Made by a program: the position numbers and the translations under genes. Shown in pieces: positions 35,489-44,819 of a DNA stretch of 64,000 bases; the stretch's first letter is position 1, and each line of letters opens with the position of its first letter. The notes beneath the pieces are model-generated. The model did no database searches. It worked only from the letters and a program-made list of their open reading frames with translations, and was not told where the DNA came from. Source of the stretch: a virus (Duplodnaviria > Heunggongvirae > Uroviricota > Caudoviricetes); the IMG/VR virus record IMGVR_UViG_3300028610_000968; one strand, 5' to 3'.

Positions 35489-35564
35489 AAGGGGAGTTAG
35501 CTCAACTTGGTATAGAGCCGCAGACTCATAATCTGTTGGTTGGGGGTTCGAGTCCCTCACTCCC
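35489..35564 (+). tRNA. tRNA-Met(CAT): tRNA-Met (anticodon CAT; initiator, elongator or Ile-lysidine type not resolved)
   Basis: Acceptor GGGGAGT/ACTCCCC, D-stem GCTC/GAGC, anticodon stem GCAGA/TCTGT with loop CTCATAA, T-arm GGGGG-TTCGAGT-CCCTC. Confidence 0.7.
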
Positions 35565-35940
35565 CACTGTGGTAATAGAGCGACAGGAGGAAACATGAAA
35601 GATTGGGTTAGAGGAATAGGATTTGGCTTTTCCGCTGCTTCACTGATTATAGGAACATTGTTGGAACCAATAATCGTGGGCATAGGTTTTATATTGTTAG
35701 TTATGACACTTGGATTCCTGTATGTTGGAGAGGTAATCGAAAAGCTAATCGAAACCCAAGAATAAAATGGAGGTAAACAATGAAAGTAACTTTAAATGAC
35801 ATTCAAGAGAATTTAGATGAGTTCCATTCAGCCGAAATGTTGGATGCAGAAGAATTTGAAGACCAAATAGAAAACATAAGTAAAGAGGTAAAAGGTGAAA
35901 GAGGCTCGGCTGAATTCGTCACCAGCCTCAAAAACGCTTT

Positions 35941-36126
35941 ATGGAAAAGAATATGAAAAAGAGTGAATGGCTTAGTGGATTAGGATACGGTTCTGGCATT
36001 GGCTCATTGCTTGGAGGGATATCGAGCGGCCAAATGGTACTTGTTGGGACAGGCTCAATAGTATTGATTTTAACAATCGGATTCTTATATATTGGAGAGC
36101 TAATTAGAGAGAAAGAAAAAGCATGA
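35941..36126 (+). CDS. small membrane protein (61 aa)
   Basis: Gly-rich TM helices. Confidence 0.35.
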   Translation: MEKNMKKSEWLSGLGYGSGIGSLLGGISSGQMVLVGTGSIVLILTIGFLYIGELIREKEKA

Positions 36127-36434
36127 GTGGTGATATAATTAGAATGAGCCTTCATTCACAAGTCATAGGAAAAGAAGGTAACAAAGAATATTTTGTATTA
36201 AAAGCTCCTGAAAGAGCTTCTGACTCACCAGCAAAGCACAACGCTCCTACTTTTTACATTGAGAGTAGAAGTTGCTGTGGAGTGGGCTGTTTAGTACCAC
36301 AAATGGTTGCTCATAATGATGATTACATGAGTGGTCATTCACTCAACAGACAAAAGACTCTTGAATTAATTGAGTTTTTACAAAGAAATCTACCAGACGG
36401 AAGAGACCACGATGGGAAGTTAGATGAAGGATAA
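36123..36434 (+). CDS. hypothetical protein (103 aa)
   Basis: ORF track entry. Confidence 0.4.
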   Translation: MSGDIIRMSLHSQVIGKEGNKEYFVLKAPERASDSPAKHNAPTFYIESRSCCGVGCLVPQMVAHNDDYMSGHSLNRQKTLELIEFLQRNLPDGRDHDGKLDEG

Positions 36435-36729
36435 ATATACTGACATGGCTGACGACTCAATAAAAAACCTCAATACATTTAGATGGGGATTATTGTATAT
36501 GGCAGCTTTCCTTAGTATGTTTTCATTTGGTACTATTGCAGCTCTTTTTGTGTTGGCTTTTGCTCTCGGGGCTAGTTCAATACTAGAGTACGCAAGAATC
36601 TTGAAATTCTTACACATAAGACAACTAAAAGAAGAGGAAAAACAGAAAAAAGAAGCATTTGAAAGAGTAGCAAAGGGCTTGGAACTACTGATAAAGGAAA
36701 CGGAGAAGAAGAAGAATGAAGAACGATGA
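36424..36729 (+). CDS. membrane protein with charged C-terminal helix (101 aa)
   Basis: ORF track entry. Confidence 0.4.
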   Translation: MKDKYTDMADDSIKNLNTFRWGLLYMAAFLSMFSFGTIAALFVLAFALGASSILEYARILKFLHIRQLKEEEKQKKEAFERVAKGLELLIKETEKKKNEER

Positions 36730-37000
36730 TACTGTTTGCTGTATGTGTGAAGACGATATTATAGAATTCCCGAATTATAAATTAGTGAGTCGCAATTGGT
36801 TATACAAATTGTGGAGTAGATTATGGAACAGATTAGCAAGCCCTAATTATGTTTTAAAAAAGTATTTTGTAGACAAGCACGGAGGATACGGATGGGAAGA
36901 TTTAAGTATATGTACTAAGTGTTCATCAGAACTATATGAAAATGTTTTAGCTAGACGAATAATTGAAGAAGCTGGATTGGAGACGTTGAGAAGGAGCTGA
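36716..37000 (+). CDS. Zn-ribbon protein (94 aa)
   Basis: CCMCE...CTKC. Confidence 0.4.
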   Translation: MKNDDTVCCMCEDDIIEFPNYKLVSRNWLYKLWSRLWNRLASPNYVLKKYFVDKHGGYGWEDLSICTKCSSELYENVLARRIIEEAGLETLRRS

Positions 37001-37075
37001 ATATGTCAACTAAGATAGCAGCAAACATTGCACTGTTGTTAGGTTTAGCTATAATAATCGCTGGACTGTATTATA

Positions 37076-37444
37076 GTGGATGACGGTTATCCACCCAATA
37101 TGCCGCCCATTCAGAGATGGGGAGAAGAGCTCACTTGTTGGGCTTGTGGTACTCCCTGGACTGTCTCTATGGAAAGAGACCTTGGACAGACTTATATGAG
37201 GAATGAAGACGATTCCAAGTGTCCTGAGTGCGGTGTGGATAGTAATGACGAGGACGAAGCCAAGAAGCTAGAGATTGAAGAGGGTGACAACAATACTTGG
37301 CTGACCAGAGATGGTCACATAGTATATGATAAGAGATATTTTCCGTATGTATATCTAGCTTTTGCGGGAGAAGAAGGAAATTACGAAGACTATAGAGGCA
37401 TGGAAAGAGAACTCATTGATGCAGCTAGGGAGTTGGAAGACTAA
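37076..37444 (+). CDS. Zn-ribbon protein (122 aa)
   Basis: CWACG...CPECG. Confidence 0.4.
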   Translation: MDDGYPPNMPPIQRWGEELTCWACGTPWTVSMERDLGQTYMRNEDDSKCPECGVDSNDEDEAKKLEIEEGDNNTWLTRDGHIVYDKRYFPYVYLAFAGEEGNYEDYRGMERELIDAARELED

Positions 37445-37783
37445 ATGTTAAATCTAGGACAGGTAATAAATGACACAGAGAACCAAGAACTAGTTGTATA
37501 CTTGGGCTTTTACGCTCTTGCTGGGGGTAAATATCCTAGAGAAAGAAGTGCAAGTTTTTACAGCGAAAAAAGAGGATATTTTAGAGGTCTTAATCCTCAC
37601 TCCCAGGATGGGCAAAGACAATTCCAGATGGTTCATACTAATAGGGACGAGGAAATGAAAGTAGTAGCTATCCTTAAAGGAGTTGAGGGACTATACTTTG
37701 GTGAAATCGACACTGACAAAATTCCAAAAGAACACCTAATCAGACTGTTGGACGAATGTGAGAAGGAGCAGAAAAAGAGATGA
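37445..37783 (+). CDS. hypothetical protein (112 aa)
   Basis: ORF track entry. Confidence 0.4.
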   Translation: MLNLGQVINDTENQELVVYLGFYALAGGKYPRERSASFYSEKRGYFRGLNPHSQDGQRQFQMVHTNRDEEMKVVAILKGVEGLYFGEIDTDKIPKEHLIRLLDECEKEQKKR

Positions 37784-37940
37784 AGTCTCGCAGAGAAATA
37801 ACTAATGGTAAGAAAATAAAACCTCCAATGAGTGAAGGAGAGTATACTAGATTATACCAATTAGATAAGAACGGTAAAAAACGTGGAGTTATATTTCAAC
37901 TCAATATGAGAACTAGATCACGCAAAGGAGGTACTTCATA

Positions 37941-38177
37941 ATGGATGGCCATTCAAAACCCAAAATGAATATTCAAAATTACATAACTTTTGATGAACTA
38001 TTAGAAAAGAGATGTCCGATTTGCGAAAATCCTCTAGTAGATAGAGAGGATTTAGTAGATGCTATAAATGGTGGACACTCTGTAAACATGGTTAGACACG
38101 AATGCGAAGATAACAGAATGTATGAAATATATTTAGAGGCTCAAGTGTTCACCATAACAACTGAGGAGAAAATATAG
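37941..38177 (+). CDS. Zn-ribbon protein (78 aa)
   Basis: CPICE...H.C. Confidence 0.4.
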   Translation: MDGHSKPKMNIQNYITFDELLEKRCPICENPLVDREDLVDAINGGHSVNMVRHECEDNRMYEIYLEAQVFTITTEEKI

Positions 38178-38355
38178 TATGAGTATGGCAATAAGGTTCT
38201 GTCCTCATTGTGGTTCGTCGCCACTACCACGCACAGGTATAGTTGGATGTGGTTGTGGTATGTACACCTGCGATACTTGTGGAGGAAAATTCAAGATACA
38301 AGAGGACGAGGAAAAAGAAGAGCTTTGGCCTGGAGCAAAAGGAAAGTGATTTGAA

Positions 38356-38919
38356 TTGGCTACTTCACGTATACTGCGCTCAGATGGCACTATAGAAGAA
38401 GTGGACGTACACAGCCCATCTAAGTTTTTTGACGCTGTAGACCGCTCTCTACGCGCTGGAATACCCTATTTAAACGCTAAGATGGTAGACCCAGTTGTAG
38501 AGAAAAATAGACCACCAGCAAAAGAACAGAAACCGACTATAGCATCTACGTTGGTTGAATTAATGGAGCTAAACAGAGAATATACTGTAACTGAAATAAA
38601 CGATTTGTTGGCTACTAAAGGTATCAAAAACTCTAAAATATCTAGTGTCATGGGACGACATGAAAAGAACTTCAAAAATGTAGGGTTCGCCAAATGGAAA
38701 CTTATCGGCACAGAAGAAACAGATAAGCGACCATCTATACAAACATTTATCGCGAGCAAGATGGAACCAGGGCGAGTATACTCTACAAAAGAGGTAAATG
38801 AACTTTGTGGAAAAAATGTAATAGGCTCACTCGGCCACCACACAAAGATATTTGAATTTGTTGGAACAGGTTTAAACGGAAAGAGAGATTATAAAAAGTA
38901 TTGGAAACTCGCAGGATAG
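38356..38919 (+). CDS. hypothetical protein with two tandem repeats of a roughly 60-aa domain (187 aa); possible DNA-binding
   Basis: Repeat 1 is YTVTEINDLLATKGIK...GFAKWKL. Repeat 2 is VYSTKEVNELCGKNVIG...YKKYWKL. Confidence 0.4.
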   Translation: MATSRILRSDGTIEEVDVHSPSKFFDAVDRSLRAGIPYLNAKMVDPVVEKNRPPAKEQKPTIASTLVELMELNREYTVTEINDLLATKGIKNSKISSVMGRHEKNFKNVGFAKWKLIGTEETDKRPSIQTFIASKMEPGRVYSTKEVNELCGKNVIGSLGHHTKIFEFVGTGLNGKRDYKKYWKLAG

Positions 38920-39179
38920 ACTATATGACAAACGAGCGTCGGCCTCACTGGAACCACCCAAGTTGGGATGGTTTTAATCACTGCACTTGTAGTAGTTGCG
39001 GAGGCATCGGTTGTGATTGGGATGATTGTTACAATGGTATAGTATACAGACCAGAGTGTTTGCCAGAGTTTCTCAGCTCATCTCTTTCAGACACTATGAA
39101 AGAAATAATAAGAGAATCGGTAGAAGAAGCAAAGCTACTGATAGAGATGGACGTAGACAAACTATTGGAGGGTATATAA
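38901..39179 (+). CDS. hypothetical Cys-containing protein (92 aa)
   Basis: CTCSSCGGIGCDWDDC. Confidence 0.4.
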   Translation: METRRIDYMTNERRPHWNHPSWDGFNHCTCSSCGGIGCDWDDCYNGIVYRPECLPEFLSSSLSDTMKEIIRESVEEAKLLIEMDVDKLLEGI

Positions 39180-39448
39180 TGCCTAGTTCTGTTTTTGCAC
39201 AGGTATCAGAAGAATTGGGATTTAATGAAAATGATTTTAATAACCTAAACTTTAGAGAACTACCTGATTTACCTTGGGGTGAATTTTTAGATGTACTCAT
39301 TCCAAAAGTCGAAGAAGGGAACATTGCAAAGTTTAGATTACTATTAGGTTACGCTAGATTTGCATTGCCCAGAGACGAAGAAGAACAACTTCTTATAGAA
39401 AGAATGAAGGAGGCCATAGATAATTGTAGACATATATATGGTGGATAG
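39179..39448 (+). CDS. hypothetical protein (about 89 aa)
   Basis: Start trimmed to the ATG at 39179 (ATAATGCC overlap). Confidence 0.35.
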   Translation: MPSSVFAQVSEELGFNENDFNNLNFRELPDLPWGEFLDVLIPKVEEGNIAKFRLLLGYARFALPRDEEEQLLIERMKEAIDNCRHIYGG

Positions 39449-39480
39449 CAATCCGTCAAAATGTTAAATGGCGTTTGGTC

Positions 39481-39542
39481 GCTTGGTTTTGCAAAGTCGC
39501 AGGTCAAGGCTATTGACAAGCGTTTTAAGACTATGGTATTAT
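39481..39542 (+). promoter_or_regulatory. sigma-A-like promoter P2 (TTGACA 39513-39518, 18-bp spacer, TGgTATTAT) with the conserved upstream element GCTTGGTTTTGCAAAGTCGCAGGTCAAGG
   Basis: Near-identical architecture to P1. It drives the 39601-47136 gene block. Confidence 0.55.
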
Positions 39543-39600
39543 GTGTTTGTGTTGTTGCAGTTACTAAATAGTAGCAAACACCCGATAGGAGGATTCGTAG

Positions 39601-40275
39601 ATGAGAGCTACAGCAAAACTTAAACTAAAGATAGGCAGACACTTTACAAACGTTGCATTATATAAAGCAACTGAAACAAAAGAGGTAACACGAAAAACCT
39701 TTCACATTGAAGATGATGGTGCTATCGAAACTAAATCGTTTTGTACTTATTGCGAAGCAGAAGTTGACGCAGACGATATAACGAAGAAAGTAATGATAGA
39801 CGGTGAACTATATGAATTGACAGATACACAAAAGGACAAAATATTAAATCCTGCTAAAGAGATTAAGGTGTTGCACTTGATACCAGAATCTAAAGCAGGC
39901 TCACTTTCGCCCGGTAGTAATCGTTACTATGTACGACCAGATAAGACTTTGAAAGATGAAACCGTGTTCAATGCCATATTTGATAACTTGGCAGAAAGAC
40001 AACAGATAGCAATAGTGGAATACGCTACGGGCAGTATCCCCTATATAGGATTTTTGACCAGCAAGGGGGTTTTACAATCACTACTGTACACGGACGAAAC
40101 TAGGGAAGCTCCAGATATGCCTACCGTTCAAGTGCCACGCCCCATGTACATACTCATGTCGAGGATTATGAACGAGAAAATAACCAACGACTTTGAGATA
40201 AAAAATACTGGGCCTAACAAAATTTACAGAAAATTACAAGAGCAAGCCAAACCGAAGACAGCCAAAACAAATTGA
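39601..40275 (+). CDS. hypothetical protein (224 aa), first gene of the amidoligase cluster operon
   Basis: RBS AGGAGGATTCGTAGATG. Confidence 0.5.
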   Translation: MRATAKLKLKIGRHFTNVALYKATETKEVTRKTFHIEDDGAIETKSFCTYCEAEVDADDITKKVMIDGELYELTDTQKDKILNPAKEIKVLHLIPESKAGSLSPGSNRYYVRPDKTLKDETVFNAIFDNLAERQQIAIVEYATGSIPYIGFLTSKGVLQSLLYTDETREAPDMPTVQVPRPMYILMSRIMNEKITNDFEIKNTGPNKIYRKLQEQAKPKTAKTN

Positions 40276-40290
40276 AAGGAAGTTTCATGA

Positions 40291-41355
40291 TTGGATTTAA
40301 GATTAGGAGCTGACCCAGAGCTACCATTAGTCAACAAAACGGGTCAAATAGTACCAGCGGAAGAAGTCTCAGCCGCAATCAGGCGAAGTCAAAAAGTTAA
40401 GAAAGACGGTATCAATGTTGAGATAAACCCCTCAGCAGCCTCGTGTAGAGAGCATTTACTCAGTTACATCGGTTCCTCGATAATGAGCGTTCAACGTATT
40501 TGCCAAAGCGAAGGTCTCGACGTTAGCAGGGCATCCACCTACGAAGTTCCAAGAAAAGTACTGGATGCTTTACCAGCAGCCGACAGACAGTTTGGTTGTG
40601 AAGAAGATAAAGATGCGTATTCCGGCAAAGTGAGAGTAGTCAAAGCCGACCCGAAGCAATTAGATAGGTATGCTGGTGGTCACATGCACTTTGGGTCTCC
40701 TTCATTAACTCGGCTCACCGACAAACAAATCCACGAAGTAGTACAGCTCTTAGATATAGGTGTTGGTAACATCGGTGTGCTCTTTGAGCAAGACCAAGAG
40801 GACAGCAACAAGAGGCGTAGGGAAGTCTATGGTTCCGCAGGAGCTTACAGACGGCCAGCACACGGGTTAGAGTACCGAGTTCCCTCTAATTGGTGGGTAT
40901 GGCATCCGGCAACAACTTCTATGATTTTCCTCTTAGCTAGGACTATGATAACCATGTACTTTGAGAACTCTGTCTTAGCCAAGACTATTATTTCTCATCT
41001 AGCGGAGTCTTCAAAGCAGGCTATCAACTTACAAGATAAGTACTTAGCTTTGGATAACATCGCTTACTTAATAGAGTTGTTCCACAGACAAAAACCATTG
41101 CCCAATAGGGTATCTGATGGCACTTTGATAGGTTTAGGTAAGAGGTTTTTTCGCCTCGACGACCCATTCGAGTGGGCTTCAATTATCTACTTGGCCGATA
41201 ACCAAGAAATTTTAGGAACAAATCTATTCACAAATTGGAAGGGTGTAGGATACGGAAAATCTGGTTATCAGAAGTTCATATCCAGCACATTGTCTCAAGA
41301 CCCAGGATTTATGGCTCAGTACGGCTTTCTAACTGGATTAAGGAGAATATTTTAG
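40291..41355 (+). CDS. GCS2/YbdK-like carboxylate-amine ligase (glutamine-synthetase-fold amidoligase)
   Basis: TTG start after GAAAGGAAG. The N-terminus LRLGADPELPLVN is a variant of the L-G-x-E-x-E motif, and GGHMHFG matches the G-x-H-x-H-x-G motif of GCS2 enzymes. Confidence 0.45.
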   Translation: MDLRLGADPELPLVNKTGQIVPAEEVSAAIRRSQKVKKDGINVEINPSAASCREHLLSYIGSSIMSVQRICQSEGLDVSRASTYEVPRKVLDALPAADRQFGCEEDKDAYSGKVRVVKADPKQLDRYAGGHMHFGSPSLTRLTDKQIHEVVQLLDIGVGNIGVLFEQDQEDSNKRRREVYGSAGAYRRPAHGLEYRVPSNWWVWHPATTSMIFLLARTMITMYFENSVLAKTIISHLAESSKQAINLQDKYLALDNIAYLIELFHRQKPLPNRVSDGTLIGLGKRFFRLDDPFEWASIIYLADNQEILGTNLFTNWKGVGYGKSGYQKFISSTLSQDPGFMAQYGFLTGLRRIF

Positions 41356-41684
41356 TGCTGTTAGTGCAAGTAGGTAATCCAGATCAACTTTATCTTATTG
41401 AGTTTCCAATGGCAGAGTTAGTTTGGTGCTATGGAGATTTAATAAGTGAAGAAAAGAAAATGGAACTGGAAACAGGGAAAGAGTGTGACAGACTGTTCTT
41501 TCAAATTGAAGGAGAGTTGTGGCTTTCGATTCCAAAAGATGTTCATTACTACTTTAAAGAATTGAGAACACACACAGGGGCTTTCACAAAAAAAGTGATT
41601 ACTCCACCAATGTTTTACAAGATATTTATGAATCCCACCGAAGTGACGGCTAGGATAGAGGATAAATTAGTATGTGCGGGATAG
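41355..41684 (+). CDS. hypothetical protein (about 109 aa)
   Basis: GTG start overlapping the previous TAG, after AAGGAG. Confidence 0.35.
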   Translation: MLLVQVGNPDQLYLIEFPMAELVWCYGDLISEEKKMELETGKECDRLFFQIEGELWLSIPKDVHYYFKELRTHTGAFTKKVITPPMFYKIFMNPTEVTARIEDKLVCAG

Positions 41685-42925
41685 TAGCGTTAAGTTTAGA
41701 GAACAAGGTAAGGACAGAGAAAGAGTACGGAGATATTCGTACCCTATTGGGTTCATTAATCCAATCTACTAGTAAAAGAGGAGAACACGCTACAGGGATA
41801 GTTACCATTAGTAAAAGTGGTGACGCTGTATTGCTCAAATCGAACGCCAAATCAGCGGAGTTCATTGAATCGGAACAATACAATATGCTAATCCCAACCA
41901 TAGGTGCTAGAACCAAAACTATCCTAGCTCATTGTAGGAGAACCACTAAGGGTTCAGCATCCATCAAACAGAATAATCATCCTGTATTAGTACACCCCTT
42001 TGTGGGGATACACAACGGTACTATTATGAATGATGATGAGTTGGTGAAAGAACACAAACTGTCCAGGGACGGCTCTGTTGATAGTGAAGTAATTATTAGG
42101 TTGCTCAAACATTACAACCCTAAGAAGATAACAAAGGAATCTATTAAGAAAACATGTGAGGAATTAGAAGGTGGATTTGCTTGCGTTACAGTTAATTTAC
42201 ACCAACCTAATATCTTGGGGCTTTACAAAAATCGTAACCCAATAATTGTTTTCAGAGTACCAGAGTTGGGACTTGTCGGAGTTGTTTCTGAGTACCTTTT
42301 CATTAGTGATGCTTTGAAGGCAGTAGGAATCAAAGGCACTAGTGATACTTTCCACATGCGCGGTGACAGAGGTTTAATCCTTGATTCTAATATACCCCAA
42401 AAAGGTATAGACTATGGAGACCAGGCGTTTCTAATTGACGATGCTAATCCGGTTGGAAAAAGTTTCGAGGGTTACTACACTGCTGCTGATAGAGCAGAAG
42501 TGCAAAGGAGAAGAAAAGCTGGTTTAGGGAGTGAGTTCGGACACAATCAAGGAGTAAATATTGATAGAAATAGGAGGCAGCACAGTTTAGCCCCAGGAAA
42601 ACAGTTAGGGGATACTACTATGGAAAGTGCTAAAATAAAAGCACAACTACACTACGCTATGAGTTCAGAGATATTTAAAACAAGGTTACTCAAGAACGGT
42701 GGACATGCTATGAATAGAAATGATAAGGACAATCTCCTAGATATATTCAATGCAGCCTATCTGATGGGTCGTTATACCTCTGGGCAAGAGCTTGAGAATG
42801 TAAAAACACTAGAGGAAGAGGCATTAATATCAAATATGGAAGTATTACTCACAGAGCGAGCTTCTTTCCTACAGTTGCCTTATGATGAATTGTCTGAAAA
42901 AGTAAAGAATAGGAAGAGTTCTTAA
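41672..42925 (+). CDS. class-II (Ntn) glutamine amidotransferase domain protein with an uncharacterised C-terminal domain of about 200 aa
   Basis: N-terminal MCGIV (Cys2 nucleophile), then HCRRTTKGS and NNHP, which are GATase-II signatures. There is no asparagine-synthetase SGGxDS motif. Confidence 0.65.
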   Translation: MCGIVALSLENKVRTEKEYGDIRTLLGSLIQSTSKRGEHATGIVTISKSGDAVLLKSNAKSAEFIESEQYNMLIPTIGARTKTILAHCRRTTKGSASIKQNNHPVLVHPFVGIHNGTIMNDDELVKEHKLSRDGSVDSEVIIRLLKHYNPKKITKESIKKTCEELEGGFACVTVNLHQPNILGLYKNRNPIIVFRVPELGLVGVVSEYLFISDALKAVGIKGTSDTFHMRGDRGLILDSNIPQKGIDYGDQAFLIDDANPVGKSFEGYYTAADRAEVQRRRKAGLGSEFGHNQGVNIDRNRRQHSLAPGKQLGDTTMESAKIKAQLHYAMSSEIFKTRLLKNGGHAMNRNDKDNLLDIFNAAYLMGRYTSGQELENVKTLEEEALISNMEVLLTERASFLQLPYDELSEKVKNRKSS

Positions 42926-44511
42926 TGGGCGGGAAAGATGAAGTATTTTTAACACAGCAAAAAGATACCATAACTGCCATTCAGTATGAGCAGATTATGG
43001 ATGGTCTATTGGCTACCCAAAAAACAGCGGTAGAGTTTGAGGTTCACATGGCTTGGAAACCACAAGATTACTGTCCTTGCTTACACTTCTCTGATAGAGA
43101 AGCGTGCATGTGTGAACTCATACCTAAATGTGTTCCCCAATGTACTATCTGCGTGAACCACAAGATGATATGTGGGCATCCTTACAACATGTACACCAAA
43201 AAAGCTGCCAAAGAGTGTAGGCAATTCCAACCTCTATGTAGTAGTAGCTGCCCTGAAAAACGTAGTGCAAAATCTTGTGTTAAATGCAAAGATAAAAGAA
43301 TTTGCTCACCTTGTACATTTTCTCGTTGCGACGCTACCACTAAGAAAAGAGTTAAAAAAGAGTTCATACAAACTCTTGCAAGAGAGTTACAGCCCACTTT
43401 GAGGCATGATATTACTGGCAAATGTGCAGCTCTGGAAGTTAAGACAGAAGGCTCTGTGCCGGATGGAATAGAAGTGCCAACAGTAGCTCAAAGAATAAAC
43501 TTTGGACTGATGAAGAACAACTTCGAGTCTATTATTAATACTTTATCGAATCATGGTTGTACTTTATCTCCAAGATGTAGCACTCACATACATTATCTCT
43601 TGGCTTACTATGATAATGGACAGACTGAGTACAACGAAATGGGCTTTACAATCCCTAGTATTGTGCTGAAAAATTTCTATCAACTACACAGGAGTTTTAC
43701 AGATGTTTTAATCTGGCTGACTTCGGCTGTTGATATTACGCACATCACTAGGTGGCAAAAACATAGGAATTTCCAAACACTGATTGGTGTGAATGGGACT
43801 CTGAATAGAAAAACGTTTGGCAGCATACAACAACACATGGCAAGACATGAGGGAAAATACTCCTTTCTGAACATTAACAATGTACAGATGGACGAAACAG
43901 GTAACATAGTAAAACTTCACGTTGAGGCTAGGTATCCTGATGGTATTTTTTCTCCAAGTGTGCTTAGTGCTTTTTGTGTATTAGTGTCTGCTATGATGAT
44001 GAAATCAGTTTCTCTTTCCAGATATGGATTAGTGGAAACAAGAGAAATGAATAACGTTAATCATTTAGCTAATAGTTTGGTGGCTGGCGGAGATTGGGAG
44101 CACAGAGCATCACAACCACACTTAAACACTAAAGACAGGAAAAAAGTCATAGATAGAAGTAAATACTTTGTAAACTTCTTAAAAGCAGAGATATTATCTT
44201 TGTCAGAAGAAGCTTACAATATCTTATTTTCCCTGTGTGAAACTCCTGTACACTCTCACTTCACTTCATGGAAAAATCAAGATTGGCGTGCAGTTGAGAA
44301 ATTTTACAAACAAAAGAATCAGGAGCATGATGAAGTTATTACAGCTATCATAGAGACTAACCAAGTCACTGCGGAGACTCCAAAGAAATGGTTTGCTGAG
44401 GTCAGCGCCCATAGTGGTTTACCTGCGCGAACTATAGAAACTTATGTTTCATCCAGACGGGAGTTGCTGTGGGATGGTTCTGTGGGACAATTCTTGTCCC
44501 TCAAAAGATAA
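42925..44511 (+). CDS. putative amidoligase (glutamine-synthetase-like, Amidoligase_2-type) with a Cys-rich insertion
   Basis: N-terminal VEFEVHM (E-x-E) and a later STHIHYL (H-x-H) bracket an insert of about 90 aa with at least 18 Cys. ATGG overlap with the GATase stop. Confidence 0.35.
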   Translation: MGGKDEVFLTQQKDTITAIQYEQIMDGLLATQKTAVEFEVHMAWKPQDYCPCLHFSDREACMCELIPKCVPQCTICVNHKMICGHPYNMYTKKAAKECRQFQPLCSSSCPEKRSAKSCVKCKDKRICSPCTFSRCDATTKKRVKKEFIQTLARELQPTLRHDITGKCAALEVKTEGSVPDGIEVPTVAQRINFGLMKNNFESIINTLSNHGCTLSPRCSTHIHYLLAYYDNGQTEYNEMGFTIPSIVLKNFYQLHRSFTDVLIWLTSAVDITHITRWQKHRNFQTLIGVNGTLNRKTFGSIQQHMARHEGKYSFLNINNVQMDETGNIVKLHVEARYPDGIFSPSVLSAFCVLVSAMMMKSVSLSRYGLVETREMNNVNHLANSLVAGGDWEHRASQPHLNTKDRKKVIDRSKYFVNFLKAEILSLSEEAYNILFSLCETPVHSHFTSWKNQDWRAVEKFYKQKNQEHDEVITAIIETNQVTAETPKKWFAEVSAHSGLPARTIETYVSSRRELLWDGSVGQFLSLKR

Positions 44512-44513
44512 GT

Positions 44514-44819
44514 ATGGTTATTAAACGACAATCAAACATATTGATAAAACTAGGAGTTTTAAAGACTAAACAAGCAGCAAGTGATAGAACTGAATACACA
44601 GATTGTGTTCCTGTGAACAGTGCTCACTACAAATATTGTCAATTGGGAGCGTGTTTGCCCAAAAGCTCTTCGAGTTGTTGTCAATTTTGTTCAGTGAGAA
44701 GCGCTTGTAGTGGTGTTTGTGCTAGTGTTGTAAAACCAAAAAAAGTGATGAGGAAAAGAAAACTAAAAACAAATGATACTGGGACTGGCACAATAGGCCC
44801 AATATGGAGAGATTTATAG
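44514..44819 (+). CDS. Cys-rich basic protein (about 101 aa)
   Basis: ATG at 44514. CQLGAC...CCQFCSVRSACSGVC. Confidence 0.35.
   Translation: MVIKRQSNILIKLGVLKTKQAASDRTEYTDCVPVNSAHYKYCQLGACLPKSSSSCCQFCSVRSACSGVCASVVKPKKVMRKRKLKTNDTGTGTIGPIWRDL

Noticed and set aside
35477-35683. 68-aa minus-strand ORF in the track
   Set aside because: It overlaps tRNA-Met on the opposite strand, and its translation (…GVRDSNPQPTDYESAALYQVELTPL) is a typical antisense-tRNA artefact.
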